Source of the DNA: a virus
Lineage: Duplodnaviria > Caudoviricetes
Reading direction: 5' to 3' (one strand)
DNA length: 26,282 nt
IMG/VR virus record: IMGVR_UViG_3300045994_000154
Coordinates: 1 to 26,282 of that record
Shown here: positions 5,806 to 14,066 of the stretch, in pieces
How the letters are laid out: the number at the start of each line of letters is the position of its first letter
Position numbering within the stretch: position 1 is the stretch's first letter
Made by a program: the position numbers and the translations under genes
Notes under the pieces: model-generated
The model's input: the letters and a program-made list of their open reading frames with translations, nothing else
Databases searched by the model: none
What the model was told of the DNA's origin: nothing

Positions 5806-6689
5806 TGGTTTGTAAAAAGTTTTTCAACAACTTTTTTTGAGTTGTCTGATGAAAATGTCGATCTGTGATTAATTTCAAAAACAGGCCGTAAATGCGACTC
5901 ATAGGAGCTTAAATAAATTTTGTAAGGTGATTTATTAACCCATTCATAAAACGTATCATGACAGATATTGTTTTGATATTTTCCAGTGTTTATGTAGGGC
6001 GGGTCAAGATAAATGACGGTTTCATCTATTGGCGTGGTTATCTCAACTTTGCTGTAGCATACGCTTGTTATGTTTAGTCGTTCCAGTTGTTCCAGTTGTT
6101 CCAGTCGTTCCAGTCGTTCCAGTCGTTCCAGTTGTTCCAGATCAAAGCGCTGAGACTTTTTAACGTGTGACATAACCGCCAATCGTCTTTTATTGATAGT
6201 ATCGCCGACAAGCAATTCCTCGCCTATCTCAATATCCTTCAATAGTTCAAACTGTTGAGCCGCGTATAAGTCGCGGTTTACAATAACTTCATGCAATAGG
6301 TGCCTTGGTTCTTCGATTGTCTTTCCGAATATGTAGCATCTTCCATTATTGCCAAAACTCCAACATGTTTTAATCAGGCCAGCGCGCCAATCTGTCCCTC
6401 CTTTAAGCTCGTGGAATTCTTCTCGACTAACCCACTTATAAAATTCTTCTGTAATGCCATCAGTCCGGATTTTATTTATCAATGCCGGTAATGCTGGATC
6501 AAAATCATTGTAAAATACCTGCTTAATTTGTGGTCGCTGCAATACTTCAAAACTCATTGCCCCTCCGCCTCCAAACAGATCGTAAAAATATTTACAATTC
6601 GGATTTTCATCCAGGATAAAATCAATAATCTTTTTTGATAATTGGCGCTTCCCGCCCATGTATGGTATGCCTAGTTTTTTATTACTCAT
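5802..6689 (-). CDS. DNA N6-adenine methyltransferase (Dam/D12-like, orphan)
   Basis: PYMGGK...DLFGGGGAMS (SAM-binding motif I) and IYLDPPY (motif IV). No restriction endonuclease is adjacent. Confidence 0.9.
   Translation of the reverse strand: MSNKKLGIPYMGGKRQLSKKIIDFILDENPNCKYFYDLFGGGGAMSFEVLQRPQIKQVFYNDFDPALPALINKIRTDGITEEFYKWVSREEFHELKGGTDWRAGLIKTCWSFGNNGRCYIFGKTIEEPRHLLHEVIVNRDLYAAQQFELLKDIEIGEELLVGDTINKRRLAVMSHVKKSQRFDLEQLERLERLERLEQLEQLERLNITSVCYSKVEITTPIDETVIYLDPPYINTGKYQNNICHDTFYEWVNKSPYKIYLSSYESHLRPVFEINHRSTFSSDNSKKVVEKLFTNQ
6076..6140 (-). repeat. 9-bp in-frame tandem repeat x7 (CTGGAAC[A/G]A, encoding LEQ/LER) inside the methyltransferase
   Basis: Directly visible as agtcgttcc/agttgttcc units. 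Confidence 0.95.
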
Positions 6690-7297
6690 GCGGTGTAATT
6701 ATTCCAAATCCAAGGGCTAAAGGTAAATTGAGAAACGCCCGCCTTGCCGGAATAATCCCAAAGCTTCCAGCCTAAATTTATTCTGATACAACGATCAGGA
6801 AACCAAGGCCATTGCCGCACATAATACCATTGAAATGCCGCGATCTCACCATCTCTGCGTAAATATCGCTTAACCAAGCCAGATTTACCGGGTTGCGTGT
6901 TTTGAATTGTCTCGTCGCCAATCGTTAATATATTTTCGCATAATTTCCCCTGGAGTTTTACACCCATAACGTCGTTCTGGAAGTTATGCAGCGAGTTACG
7001 CCATAGCCAGCAACAGCGATTTATGTACCTCTGTAATCTGTCATGTTCAAGAATAAATGGCCTCCACTCTGTACGCCAGGGCAGATCTCCGTCCAGGCTG
7101 TTATCTCCTGTCATGAACCAGTCGAGCCATTTTGGGAGCGTAGGATAGTCGTCACCCGTAGCAAATAGCACTAAAAATGGCGTAAGCGGGTACGCGATAA
7201 AATACTTTGCGACAAGGCTAAAAACAGCCATGAACCCGTATTTAATGTATAAGAAAACCGAGTGATTGAAATATTGTTGTTCAGTTGTAGCAGCCAT
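6686..7297 (-). CDS. Conserved phage membrane-associated protein of unknown function
   Basis: Hydrophobic N-terminus, motifs WF.T.DNSLDGD, WLWRN and RINLGWKL. The ATG at 7297 (MAATT) follows AAGAGG and is preferred over the TTG at 7324. Confidence 0.75.
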   Translation of the reverse strand: MAATTEQQYFNHSVFLYIKYGFMAVFSLVAKYFIAYPLTPFLVLFATGDDYPTLPKWLDWFMTGDNSLDGDLPWRTEWRPFILEHDRLQRYINRCCWLWRNSLHNFQNDVMGVKLQGKLCENILTIGDETIQNTQPGKSGLVKRYLRRDGEIAAFQWYYVRQWPWFPDRCIRINLGWKLWDYSGKAGVSQFTFSPWIWNNYTA

Positions 7298-7381
7298 CAG
7301 CCAACCTCTTTTGTAAAGTTCCAAGTAAAAATAACGCCATCAATGGTAGGTAGCACGACCATAATATAACCCTCGCCATCA

Positions 7382-7618
7382 TTACCAATTTATGTGACCT
7401 TTTGCCCATAGCCACACCGCTGCCGCGATTGCAGGGATTGAATATTGCAGAAATATTTTTACGCCTTCACGGTAGAATTCCTGCCGATCTTTCTCAGCCT
7501 GTATGCGTGTCCGCAGCCACTCGTGCTGTTCAGCATGTTCGATGCTGTCCATTTTCGATCTTTCTTCGAAAATATCTTCCAGTATTTGTTTAAGTTCGTC
7601 CCTGCTGATGCTTTGCAT
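7382..7618 (-). CDS. Small protein with a charged helical N-terminus and a C-terminal TM segment (lysis-module associated)
   Basis: MQSISRDEL...IFLQYSIPAIAAAVWLWAKG. The ATG at 7618 follows GGTGG and is preferred over the track start at 7678, which lies in a hairpin. Confidence 0.65.
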   Translation of the reverse strand: MQSISRDELKQILEDIFEERSKMDSIEHAEQHEWLRTRIQAEKDRQEFYREGVKIFLQYSIPAIAAAVWLWAKGHINW

Positions 7619-7649
7619 TATAACCACCGTCTTATGCCAAAAGTTAGAG

Positions 7650-7679
7650 TTTGCTCCCGACATTGGTGTCGGTAGCAAA
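7650..7679. other. Intergenic hairpin downstream of the Tad2-like gene
   Basis: TTTGCT-C-CCGACA-TTGG-TGTCGG-T-AGCAAA. Confidence 0.5.
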
Positions 7680-7694
7680 TTAATGTCGAGTTAA

Positions 7695-7925
7695 TCATTC
7701 TATGATTCTCCAATTAGTAGCCAAAACATCCTGGTTCGTGATCTCGTAAAACCGCACTCCTACCATGCCGACCGTGGGGGGGGTTTGCTTGTAAAAGTTA
7801 AGACCTTCTTCGCGCCTATCTGGCTTGATCATCAATACCTCTTGCCCGCACCATCCTTTGCCTTTATCTCGGATAGCGGCCTTTCCTGTTTTCATAGCTT
7901 CAAGTGCTTTACTAAAGCAAATCAT
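7695..7925 (-). CDS. DUF2829 / Thoeris anti-defence Tad2-like protein
   Basis: N-terminal F..ALEAMK.GK...R....GW and C-terminal QDVLATNW.I match the family pattern (F..ALxxLK.GKKV.R.GW...DxLAxDW). ATGA-coupled to the holin. Confidence 0.7.
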   Translation of the reverse strand: MICFSKALEAMKTGKAAIRDKGKGWCGQEVLMIKPDRREEGLNFYKQTPPTVGMVGVRFYEITNQDVLATNWRIIE

Positions 7926-8338
7926 TTGCCGACCTTTTTAGTTTCTACGCCTTTCAGCTTTTCGGCTGTCCTCATCCCGCCCAAGCCTAATAATCCCATC
8001 AAGATCGTATTAGCTGTAGTATCAGTAAATGGCGGTGGCACAGGAAGCCCTGCACATAGCGCTATCCATGATAGGAGCGATACGCCAACGCCACTATAAA
8101 GAAGCGACAGAACGCCAACCCATATCGCCGCCGGACGACCGCCAGCTACGAACCAGTGAGGCGAGGCCGCCTCTACTTTGTTAATATCGAGCTGCGCAAG
8201 CGTAAGCTGCACATCATTTGAGATTTGAGCCGCCGCCTGTTCAAGTTTTCCCTTTAGCTCTACATTTGCGTCCGGGAAGAACTTATCAAGACCTGTTTTA
8301 ATTAAATCCGATACCGCTGTTATTGGGTCTAATGACAT
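7922..8338 (-). CDS. Holin (3TM / gene-transfer-release type)
   Basis: Motifs DKFFPD, QLDINKVEA...FVAG.RPA..W and LMGLLGLGGMRT.EKLKG. Confidence 0.88.
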   Translation of the reverse strand: MSLDPITAVSDLIKTGLDKFFPDANVELKGKLEQAAAQISNDVQLTLAQLDINKVEAASPHWFVAGGRPAAIWVGVLSLLYSGVGVSLLSWIALCAGLPVPPPFTDTTANTILMGLLGLGGMRTAEKLKGVETKKVGK

Positions 8339-8352
8339 GTTAGTTCCTTAAT

Positions 8353-10023
8353 TTAGAAATACTGAATCGCGGTAGCTATTCCAGTCAGTAGACACTGGCT
8401 GATATACTCTGCACCATCTTGATTATAGTGAGTCACATCCCCAGGGTTTGCAGCCCCAAATACCGCACCCGCGCCAGAACCAGCCGCACTAACCTGAGCT
8501 AATCTGCCAGCGTTAGGTATTCCAGTTTCGTTTATGTCGATTTGTGCGTACGTTAATGTTGTTCCTGTCGGCGCGGTGGCTACTGTAAACTGACCATTAA
8601 AAGTATCCTGCCCACACACTAAAATAGTATTACCACCCACAGCTCCGTGAGCTGTTGCAGTTGTAACTGACACAACATTGGTAGCTCTGGAAATTGTAGA
8701 AATAACTGGTGGCGATGTTGCGCCAGCGGTAGCTATTGTGCCAGTTTGCCACGCTGTGCCGCCTAATGACCCTGTAACGCCATTTGATAATTCAAATGTG
8801 CCATGCAGGTTGTCAAGTAGCATATAACGCCCACCAGCCGCGCGAACACCAGCAAACACAGCGGTTAATCTTGCTGTATATGCCGCAACATTTGACTCGA
8901 TTGGACACCAAGGGCCTATTGCTATAATTAAAGCTCTAGGCAATGCTGCTCTTACAGCTGCAAAATAAGCTAAACATCCAGCCGTTAATGCAGCGCCTGG
9001 CGTATCGTTGATGCTACCCATTGCCAGAAATACATTAGCATTGGTTCCGAACGATCTTATTGCAGTTGGCAGTCTGCTTAAGAAATTAGGGTATCCAGCA
9101 TTGACATTTATATATCCAGTACCGCCCGCCCCATACATAGCAAAGTCGGCGTTTAGGAATATGCCAAGATCAGACAATATTCCAGCGCTGGTGCGTCTGG
9201 AGTCAATACTTCCGTAGCTGTCTGTCTCACCTAATATCTGTAGCGTTCCTTTTGGGGGCGCATATAAAGTATCGTTTGGCCCAATTGCTATTCCACCAAA
9301 CCACGAGCCTGTCGGGATATATACGCAATATTCACGAATCTTTCGTGATCTATTGTTTATAGTTACATAGCTACGATTAACCCCTGAATAAGCTGTAAAA
9401 AACTTATTATTACTAACTAACTCACCGTCTATCGTGAGTGCTAAATTTGTAGTATTAGACACCGCTATGCCCAAATATGGAGCGTTAGTTCGAAACCTTA
9501 TTTGATTATTCGTTGGATTATTGGATGTATCAGGATTTTGCGTAGTTACTGTAAAAAAGTTAAAGACGTCTGAAAAAACATACAATTTATTTTCAGCACC
9601 AGACACGGAAAATCTAGGGTCTAATGCGCCCGATGTTGATGCAGTTAATAAGCAAGGTATAACCTGAGCACTGGCTAATGGCTTTGACGCCGCGCTACCA
9701 TCCACCCACGCTGCAGGGTCAACTTGTGAGCCTTGCGCTACAACAGCAGGGGGAGATGCCATGACAGGTAATTTCAATGCAGTACCCGCCGTTAACTTTC
9801 GCTTTAAAATGCCTACAGCATCGCCATATTCAAGCAATGACGATCCGCTATAAACATCTCCAACAGCAGTAACACTAAGCCCTGCTACCCCAGGCACTAT
9901 GTCGGCGGGGGTGTTTATTTGCTGCGCGACAAATGACTGTGATCCGTCCGGATTCGCTACACTTATTGCTTTAGTCCCGGCATCGTTATAAATAAACGGG
10001 CTACTTCCTATTCTTTTTGACAT
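8353..10023 (-). CDS. Virion appendage/tailspike-like protein with an SGNH/GDSL esterase domain
   Basis: Blocks ETDSYG (I), AGGTGY (II), GSIND (III) and DVTHYN (V). Located after the tail fibre genes. Confidence 0.75.
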   Translation of the reverse strand: MSKRIGSSPFIYNDAGTKAISVANPDGSQSFVAQQINTPADIVPGVAGLSVTAVGDVYSGSSLLEYGDAVGILKRKLTAGTALKLPVMASPPAVVAQGSQVDPAAWVDGSAASKPLASAQVIPCLLTASTSGALDPRFSVSGAENKLYVFSDVFNFFTVTTQNPDTSNNPTNNQIRFRTNAPYLGIAVSNTTNLALTIDGELVSNNKFFTAYSGVNRSYVTINNRSRKIREYCVYIPTGSWFGGIAIGPNDTLYAPPKGTLQILGETDSYGSIDSRRTSAGILSDLGIFLNADFAMYGAGGTGYINVNAGYPNFLSRLPTAIRSFGTNANVFLAMGSINDTPGAALTAGCLAYFAAVRAALPRALIIAIGPWCPIESNVAAYTARLTAVFAGVRAAGGRYMLLDNLHGTFELSNGVTGSLGGTAWQTGTIATAGATSPPVISTISRATNVVSVTTATAHGAVGGNTILVCGQDTFNGQFTVATAPTGTTLTYAQIDINETGIPNAGRLAQVSAAGSGAGAVFGAANPGDVTHYNQDGAEYISQCLLTGIATAIQYF

Positions 10024-10025
10024 TT

Positions 10026-10337
10026 CTAAATTCCTTGATCGCGTTTAGTTGCAGCGGCCATGTAGCAGCTGTACAGGTATTGATAAATTTGGGCGTGAGT
10101 TAATGTTACGCCTGTCGGCAATCCGGTTGCAGGGTCAAGAACTGTAATAACCGCCAGCGGGTCATAGCTGACTAATAGCTGATCAACTTCCTTTGTCAGT
10201 ACCTCTCCACTTGCCAAAGTTGTTATTTGTTCTTCAACAAAATAAACAGTCGGTGTCTGATTTACTGGGCTATCTATTTTTACTGATTTGGCTCGTAAGT
10301 ATGACGTGCCGGATACTGTTTCTTGTTTATAATTCAT
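10026..10337 (-). CDS. Tail-fibre-associated protein (probable assembly/chaperone)
   Basis: 103 aa, TAATG-coupled to the tail fibre gene. Motifs Y.RA..V.I..P and LYS.Y..AA..RD. Confidence 0.65.
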   Translation of the reverse strand: MNYKQETVSGTSYLRAKSVKIDSPVNQTPTVYFVEEQITTLASGEVLTKEVDQLLVSYDPLAVITVLDPATGLPTGVTLTHAQIYQYLYSCYMAAATKRDQGI

Positions 10338-11572
10338 TACGCATTCACCACTTTTTGCACACTAAATAAAATTTGTATCACTGTTGATAATGGGCCGCCT
10401 GACTCATTTTTTAATGCTATATAGCACGCTCCACCTGTTGATACCGTCGATGATCTTAAGCTAAAATTTGTTATCTGTACGCTACCAGTAGCAAGGAAAC
10501 TGACATTTACCATGTCCGTTGCTCCTATAGTGCTATTATTTAATAAAAATACAGCTGTTGATCCGCTGGCTAATGAGTCGTTTGCAGTTGTAATAATTCC
10601 GCAAATTTTGTTAAGTGTAACGCCAGTAACCTTGCTTGTAAGCTGCGTTACTGAACCGCCTGCCCCCGTAGCATAACCAACGCCGCCAGTTGGGCTTGTT
10701 GATGTTAAACCCGCCCCGCTTGTAATATCACTCAATGTCGTAAATTGACCGGTACCGGATAAGGTAGCGACTACAGTAGTGCCGCCATACCATTTAAATG
10801 CGTTCCCTGTCGTTGGCACTGATGACCACATACCGACCGATTCAATGCCTAACCCTATGTCGGTAGATACTCCGGTTATGCCGTTAAGAAGCGTAATTTT
10901 TGTCCCCAGGCTGCGCGTAGTGAATGACGGTGCTGCCGAGCCATTGCTATTAAAATCAATTCGATTTGAGCCGGTACCGTTTAAATAAATTTGTCCAGCA
11001 CCATTTGCTAGGTTTCCAGCAAGTGTAGAAATAAATTGACCACCCGCCAAAAACGCCGCCATGCTTACGGATAGCAAAGAGGTGGTTATATCAGTTAATT
11101 TAGAGATAACCGGATTTCCAGATATATCGACACCAAAAACCAATGTGTTAGCCGTTAGCGAGCCTATGCCTGAAATGGGCACCTTTGCGGAGCGGCTCAA
11201 CTGCTCAGACATTTGCTGTATGAGGATTGTTACTCTGTCCAGAGCGTCATTAATTACAGTCGGGTAGAACCCGCCGTTATTGGTAAGCAATACGGGCTGA
11301 ACTAATGGAATACCGCTAGATAGCGTCAGTAAAATACCAGTAGCGGGGGCGACAGTTGTTGTAATCGTCCCACCCGGGGCTGAATCTTGGTTGGCATTTA
11401 GGAAAACTGTGTAATCCGTATTGATAAGCAATACAGACTCAAGCCCTAATAAGCTTGTTTGAGTAACAACAAGGTCAGTAGTAGCGAATAGCTTAAATGA
11501 GAATGGGAAAGAGGTGGTTACGCCATTACCTGTATATGGCCCCGCTTTTCGTATAGTGCTGGCAATGGTCAT
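10337..11572 (-). CDS. Tail fibre protein with a T7 gp17-type N-terminal attachment domain
   Basis: N-terminus PYTGNGVTTSFPFSFK...GFYP.VINDALDR.TIL.QQ, followed by a G/S/T-rich fibre body. Confidence 0.85.
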   Translation of the reverse strand: MTIASTIRKAGPYTGNGVTTSFPFSFKLFATTDLVVTQTSLLGLESVLLINTDYTVFLNANQDSAPGGTITTTVAPATGILLTLSSGIPLVQPVLLTNNGGFYPTVINDALDRVTILIQQMSEQLSRSAKVPISGIGSLTANTLVFGVDISGNPVISKLTDITTSLLSVSMAAFLAGGQFISTLAGNLANGAGQIYLNGTGSNRIDFNSNGSAAPSFTTRSLGTKITLLNGITGVSTDIGLGIESVGMWSSVPTTGNAFKWYGGTTVVATLSGTGQFTTLSDITSGAGLTSTSPTGGVGYATGAGGSVTQLTSKVTGVTLNKICGIITTANDSLASGSTAVFLLNNSTIGATDMVNVSFLATGSVQITNFSLRSSTVSTGGACYIALKNESGGPLSTVIQILFSVQKVVNA

Positions 11573-11576
11573 AAAA

Positions 11577-11613
11577 CCCCCTAGATTAGATTGATTAAAT
11601 CATAATCTAAGGG
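11577..11613 (-). promoter_or_regulatory. Hairpin covering the tail-fibre Shine-Dalgarno sequence (may also terminate)
   Basis: On the minus strand CCCTTAGATTA-T-GATT pairs with AATC-TAATCTAGGGG, followed by GTTTTATG. Confidence 0.6.
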
Positions 11614-11631
11614 TAGCTAATTAAGTGCATC
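11599..11631 (-). promoter_or_regulatory. Putative late promoter, copy 1: GATGCACTTAAT-N15-TATGAT
   Basis: The 12-bp motif is identical to 25573-25584, with the same spacing to a TAnnnT -10 box. Intergenic, upstream of the tail fibre gene. Confidence 0.7.
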
Positions 11632-11633
11632 GC

Positions 11634-14066
11634 TCAGAATCTAGGCGCTCGGTCTGGCGTGTCCTTCCCAGGCTGCCAATAATATTTTTGATGCCAATCT
11701 TTTTCAGCGGTCTGCTTTAGTCTGGCATTATACCCAGGAGATAAATACTCTTGAAGGTCTTGAAGTCCAGCGTGATCGATTGCTGATTTTGCATACCACA
11801 GGTTAATAAATGGAAGATGTGAGCGGGCAAAGCGTACGGCCTCCGCTCCGGCCTTTGTATCTTTGCCGTGTGCGGCTTCGCTTGCATTCCCTATGGTTAA
11901 ATCAATGGCTTCGGCAATGTCTCCAACTACAGGACCAGCAAAGTTAAAGTAGTTTGGCTTTCCTGTGCGACTATTGCCACCGCCGCCCGTGTAAAGAATA
12001 TCGCCCAATATACCAACGCCGCCGCCTTGAGCGAACGCTGCGGCCCAAAATTGCGCCGTGTCCATCTTGCGCGGATCTTTACCGAAAATAATATCTTTCA
12101 TTTCCAAGGCTATTGCCCCGAACATTGTTAAGGCCGTGGTCAGCCCGGCACCATAAGCAACAGCGGAAGCTTTATCACCTGTAATCCACGTATCAGCCAC
12201 CCTTCCCCAATGCCGAGAAATCATAGCAAGTGGAAAGCCTTTAAATAACATGATTGACCTGAAAAATTCACCCTCAACTGTTCCCTTTTGAGTGCCTCTC
12301 GTTACTGCCGCCCGCGTGTTTAAATCCTGCCCAACTGACGCATACTCAGATTCATCAGCAATAACGCCTAACAATCTGCTTGCGGCTTGCTGCCTATCTT
12401 TAGGCGTCAGACCTGCAGCCTGTAATTGTGCGTCGTCAATAGCGTGAATATTATCAACGCTTAACATTTTGCTGCCCTTGAAATCATCCGGCGTGGACAT
12501 CTTCCATATATTAAAATCCTTTTCTGTAACGCCTTGACCGTCGAGCCTTGCTCTGTCACTAGGATGTAAGCTGGCGTAGTCTTGGCGTGATATTTTGCCT
12601 AGCGCGCCCATCATAGAAAGCGAGTAAGCCCGCCTGACTGCATCAGTCCAGGCGCTTAACAAACTAGCCTTCATTGTTGCATTAGCGAGTTGAGCTGTAA
12701 CTCCATTACCAATATTTGATTCAGCTAGTCGATTCATATCACTGCTTAAAGAATCAGCAATCATTCCAACTCTGTTTGCATAGTCTCTACTCTCCGAACC
12801 AAATGAGCGAGTCAGGTTAATTAGCGCATCACTAAACCCTATCTTGTTAAAGCCAGTCGTGTAAAAGTAAGTCGGTATATCGGTAATGCTTGAAATCATT
12901 GCACCTTGTAACTTTCCAAATACCTCAACATTTCGCCACCCCTGAAAGAAATTTGCCATTTTTACATTAACGACATTTCCAGTGTTGCCGTTTAGAACAT
13001 CCCACATATTCTTAGTTGTCACCCTATACGGCCCAACCAGATCAGTGTCTCCAGCCACCTTTGCGGTATCGTGCAGGAATTCAAATTGATTAGACGGATT
13101 AGGGCCAAAGGTTTCGACCATTGCAATATCTTTACTCAACTTTCCGACATGGCCTTGCATAGCTGATAGGATACTTCCTTTGTTATACTGGCTCCCATAC
13201 TGTAGATACGAATCAGGACCATCAAAGTGTAAAACTCTGTGATCGCTCCCACTATTGGCGCGACTGCTACCAAATTTAAGTTGACCAGGGATGATGTTGG
13301 CATCGCCGCCCGTTGTGATTGTATTCCAGGCATGACTTAACATTTCTCTTACAACATCGTCACTTGACTGTCTACCGTTTCCATCTAGGTATCGTGACCT
13401 ATCAAGTAAGGGCAAAATATCATCAACCCATTTTTGTTGGCCGGCCTTCAATACTCGTAGCGCGTCATGTGGCTGTGGCAAGTACGCATAGTCAAGCTTT
13501 CCAATATCCCCGCCATTAGCGTTAAACCTTGTCCGTGTAGCTTCGATTGTATCAAGCCAAGCCTTAGCACCTTTCTTAGCTAATGGGTTTCCGGTGTCGC
13601 GCCCATACACCTCAAATACTAAATCACGCGCTTGCTGTGCATCCTCAACCATTCCCAAATACTTTGAATCAACAGCCTTTAATGTGTCCAGTAATCCCCT
13701 AAAATATTCGTTTGAGACACCTTTGGCGTAAGAGTCGGCATTAGTAAGCATCTTGCTTATTGCTCTGAATGGCCGCACCCCATTGGCGACTAATGCGCCG
13801 TATCTGCTCATAATCTTGTCATGTGCCATAATGGTCAATGCTACGCGCTGTTTCTTCTTGGCGGCATCAGCCAGCAATTCAGCGGCGGCAACATCAGCAC
13901 CAGCCTTTAACCTTTCATTGGCTGTTAGCTGTCTCCATGATGCCTGATCTTGATACTCGGCTTGTTTCATTCCGTTCCGTATCTTCTCTTGAATCTCCTG
14001 GGCTTCTTGCTGGGTTATGCTTCTGCCAATAGCCTGTTGTACTGCATTAATACATTCTGATCTCAT
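11634..14066 (-). CDS. Large internal virion/DNA ejection protein (epsilon15 gp17-like)
   Basis: The start MRSECINAVQQA at 14066 overlaps the upstream stop (ATGA). Motifs LPQPHD, R.LHF, GT..GE..RS..LFKGFP, GGG.GI.GD and P..NLWY.K.A.DH. Last of the core genes. Confidence 0.85.
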   Translation of the reverse strand: MRSECINAVQQAIGRSITQQEAQEIQEKIRNGMKQAEYQDQASWRQLTANERLKAGADVAAAELLADAAKKKQRVALTIMAHDKIMSRYGALVANGVRPFRAISKMLTNADSYAKGVSNEYFRGLLDTLKAVDSKYLGMVEDAQQARDLVFEVYGRDTGNPLAKKGAKAWLDTIEATRTRFNANGGDIGKLDYAYLPQPHDALRVLKAGQQKWVDDILPLLDRSRYLDGNGRQSSDDVVREMLSHAWNTITTGGDANIIPGQLKFGSSRANSGSDHRVLHFDGPDSYLQYGSQYNKGSILSAMQGHVGKLSKDIAMVETFGPNPSNQFEFLHDTAKVAGDTDLVGPYRVTTKNMWDVLNGNTGNVVNVKMANFFQGWRNVEVFGKLQGAMISSITDIPTYFYTTGFNKIGFSDALINLTRSFGSESRDYANRVGMIADSLSSDMNRLAESNIGNGVTAQLANATMKASLLSAWTDAVRRAYSLSMMGALGKISRQDYASLHPSDRARLDGQGVTEKDFNIWKMSTPDDFKGSKMLSVDNIHAIDDAQLQAAGLTPKDRQQAASRLLGVIADESEYASVGQDLNTRAAVTRGTQKGTVEGEFFRSIMLFKGFPLAMISRHWGRVADTWITGDKASAVAYGAGLTTALTMFGAIALEMKDIIFGKDPRKMDTAQFWAAAFAQGGGVGILGDILYTGGGGNSRTGKPNYFNFAGPVVGDIAEAIDLTIGNASEAAHGKDTKAGAEAVRFARSHLPFINLWYAKSAIDHAGLQDLQEYLSPGYNARLKQTAEKDWHQKYYWQPGKDTPDRAPRF

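Noticed and set aside
5802-6689. Complete restriction-modification system or phase-variable methyltransferase
   Set aside because: No endonuclease-like neighbour was recognised, and the 9-bp repeat keeps the reading frame.
7281-7382. Small ORFs in the gap (MMARVILWSCYLPLMALFLLG..., 33 aa; MVVLPTIDG..., 21 aa)
   Set aside because: Two competing frames each show some coupling signal and neither has a recognisable motif, so I cannot choose between them.
4144-8338. Spanin (Rz/Rz1) genes
   Set aside because: No convincing lipobox-containing or nested Pro-rich ORF was found. The membrane proteins here cannot be assigned as spanins from sequence alone.
8353-11572. BPP-1-type diversity-generating retroelement
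   Set aside because: Despite the BPP-1-like virion module, no reverse transcriptase, Avd or TR/VR repeat pair is visible in the window.
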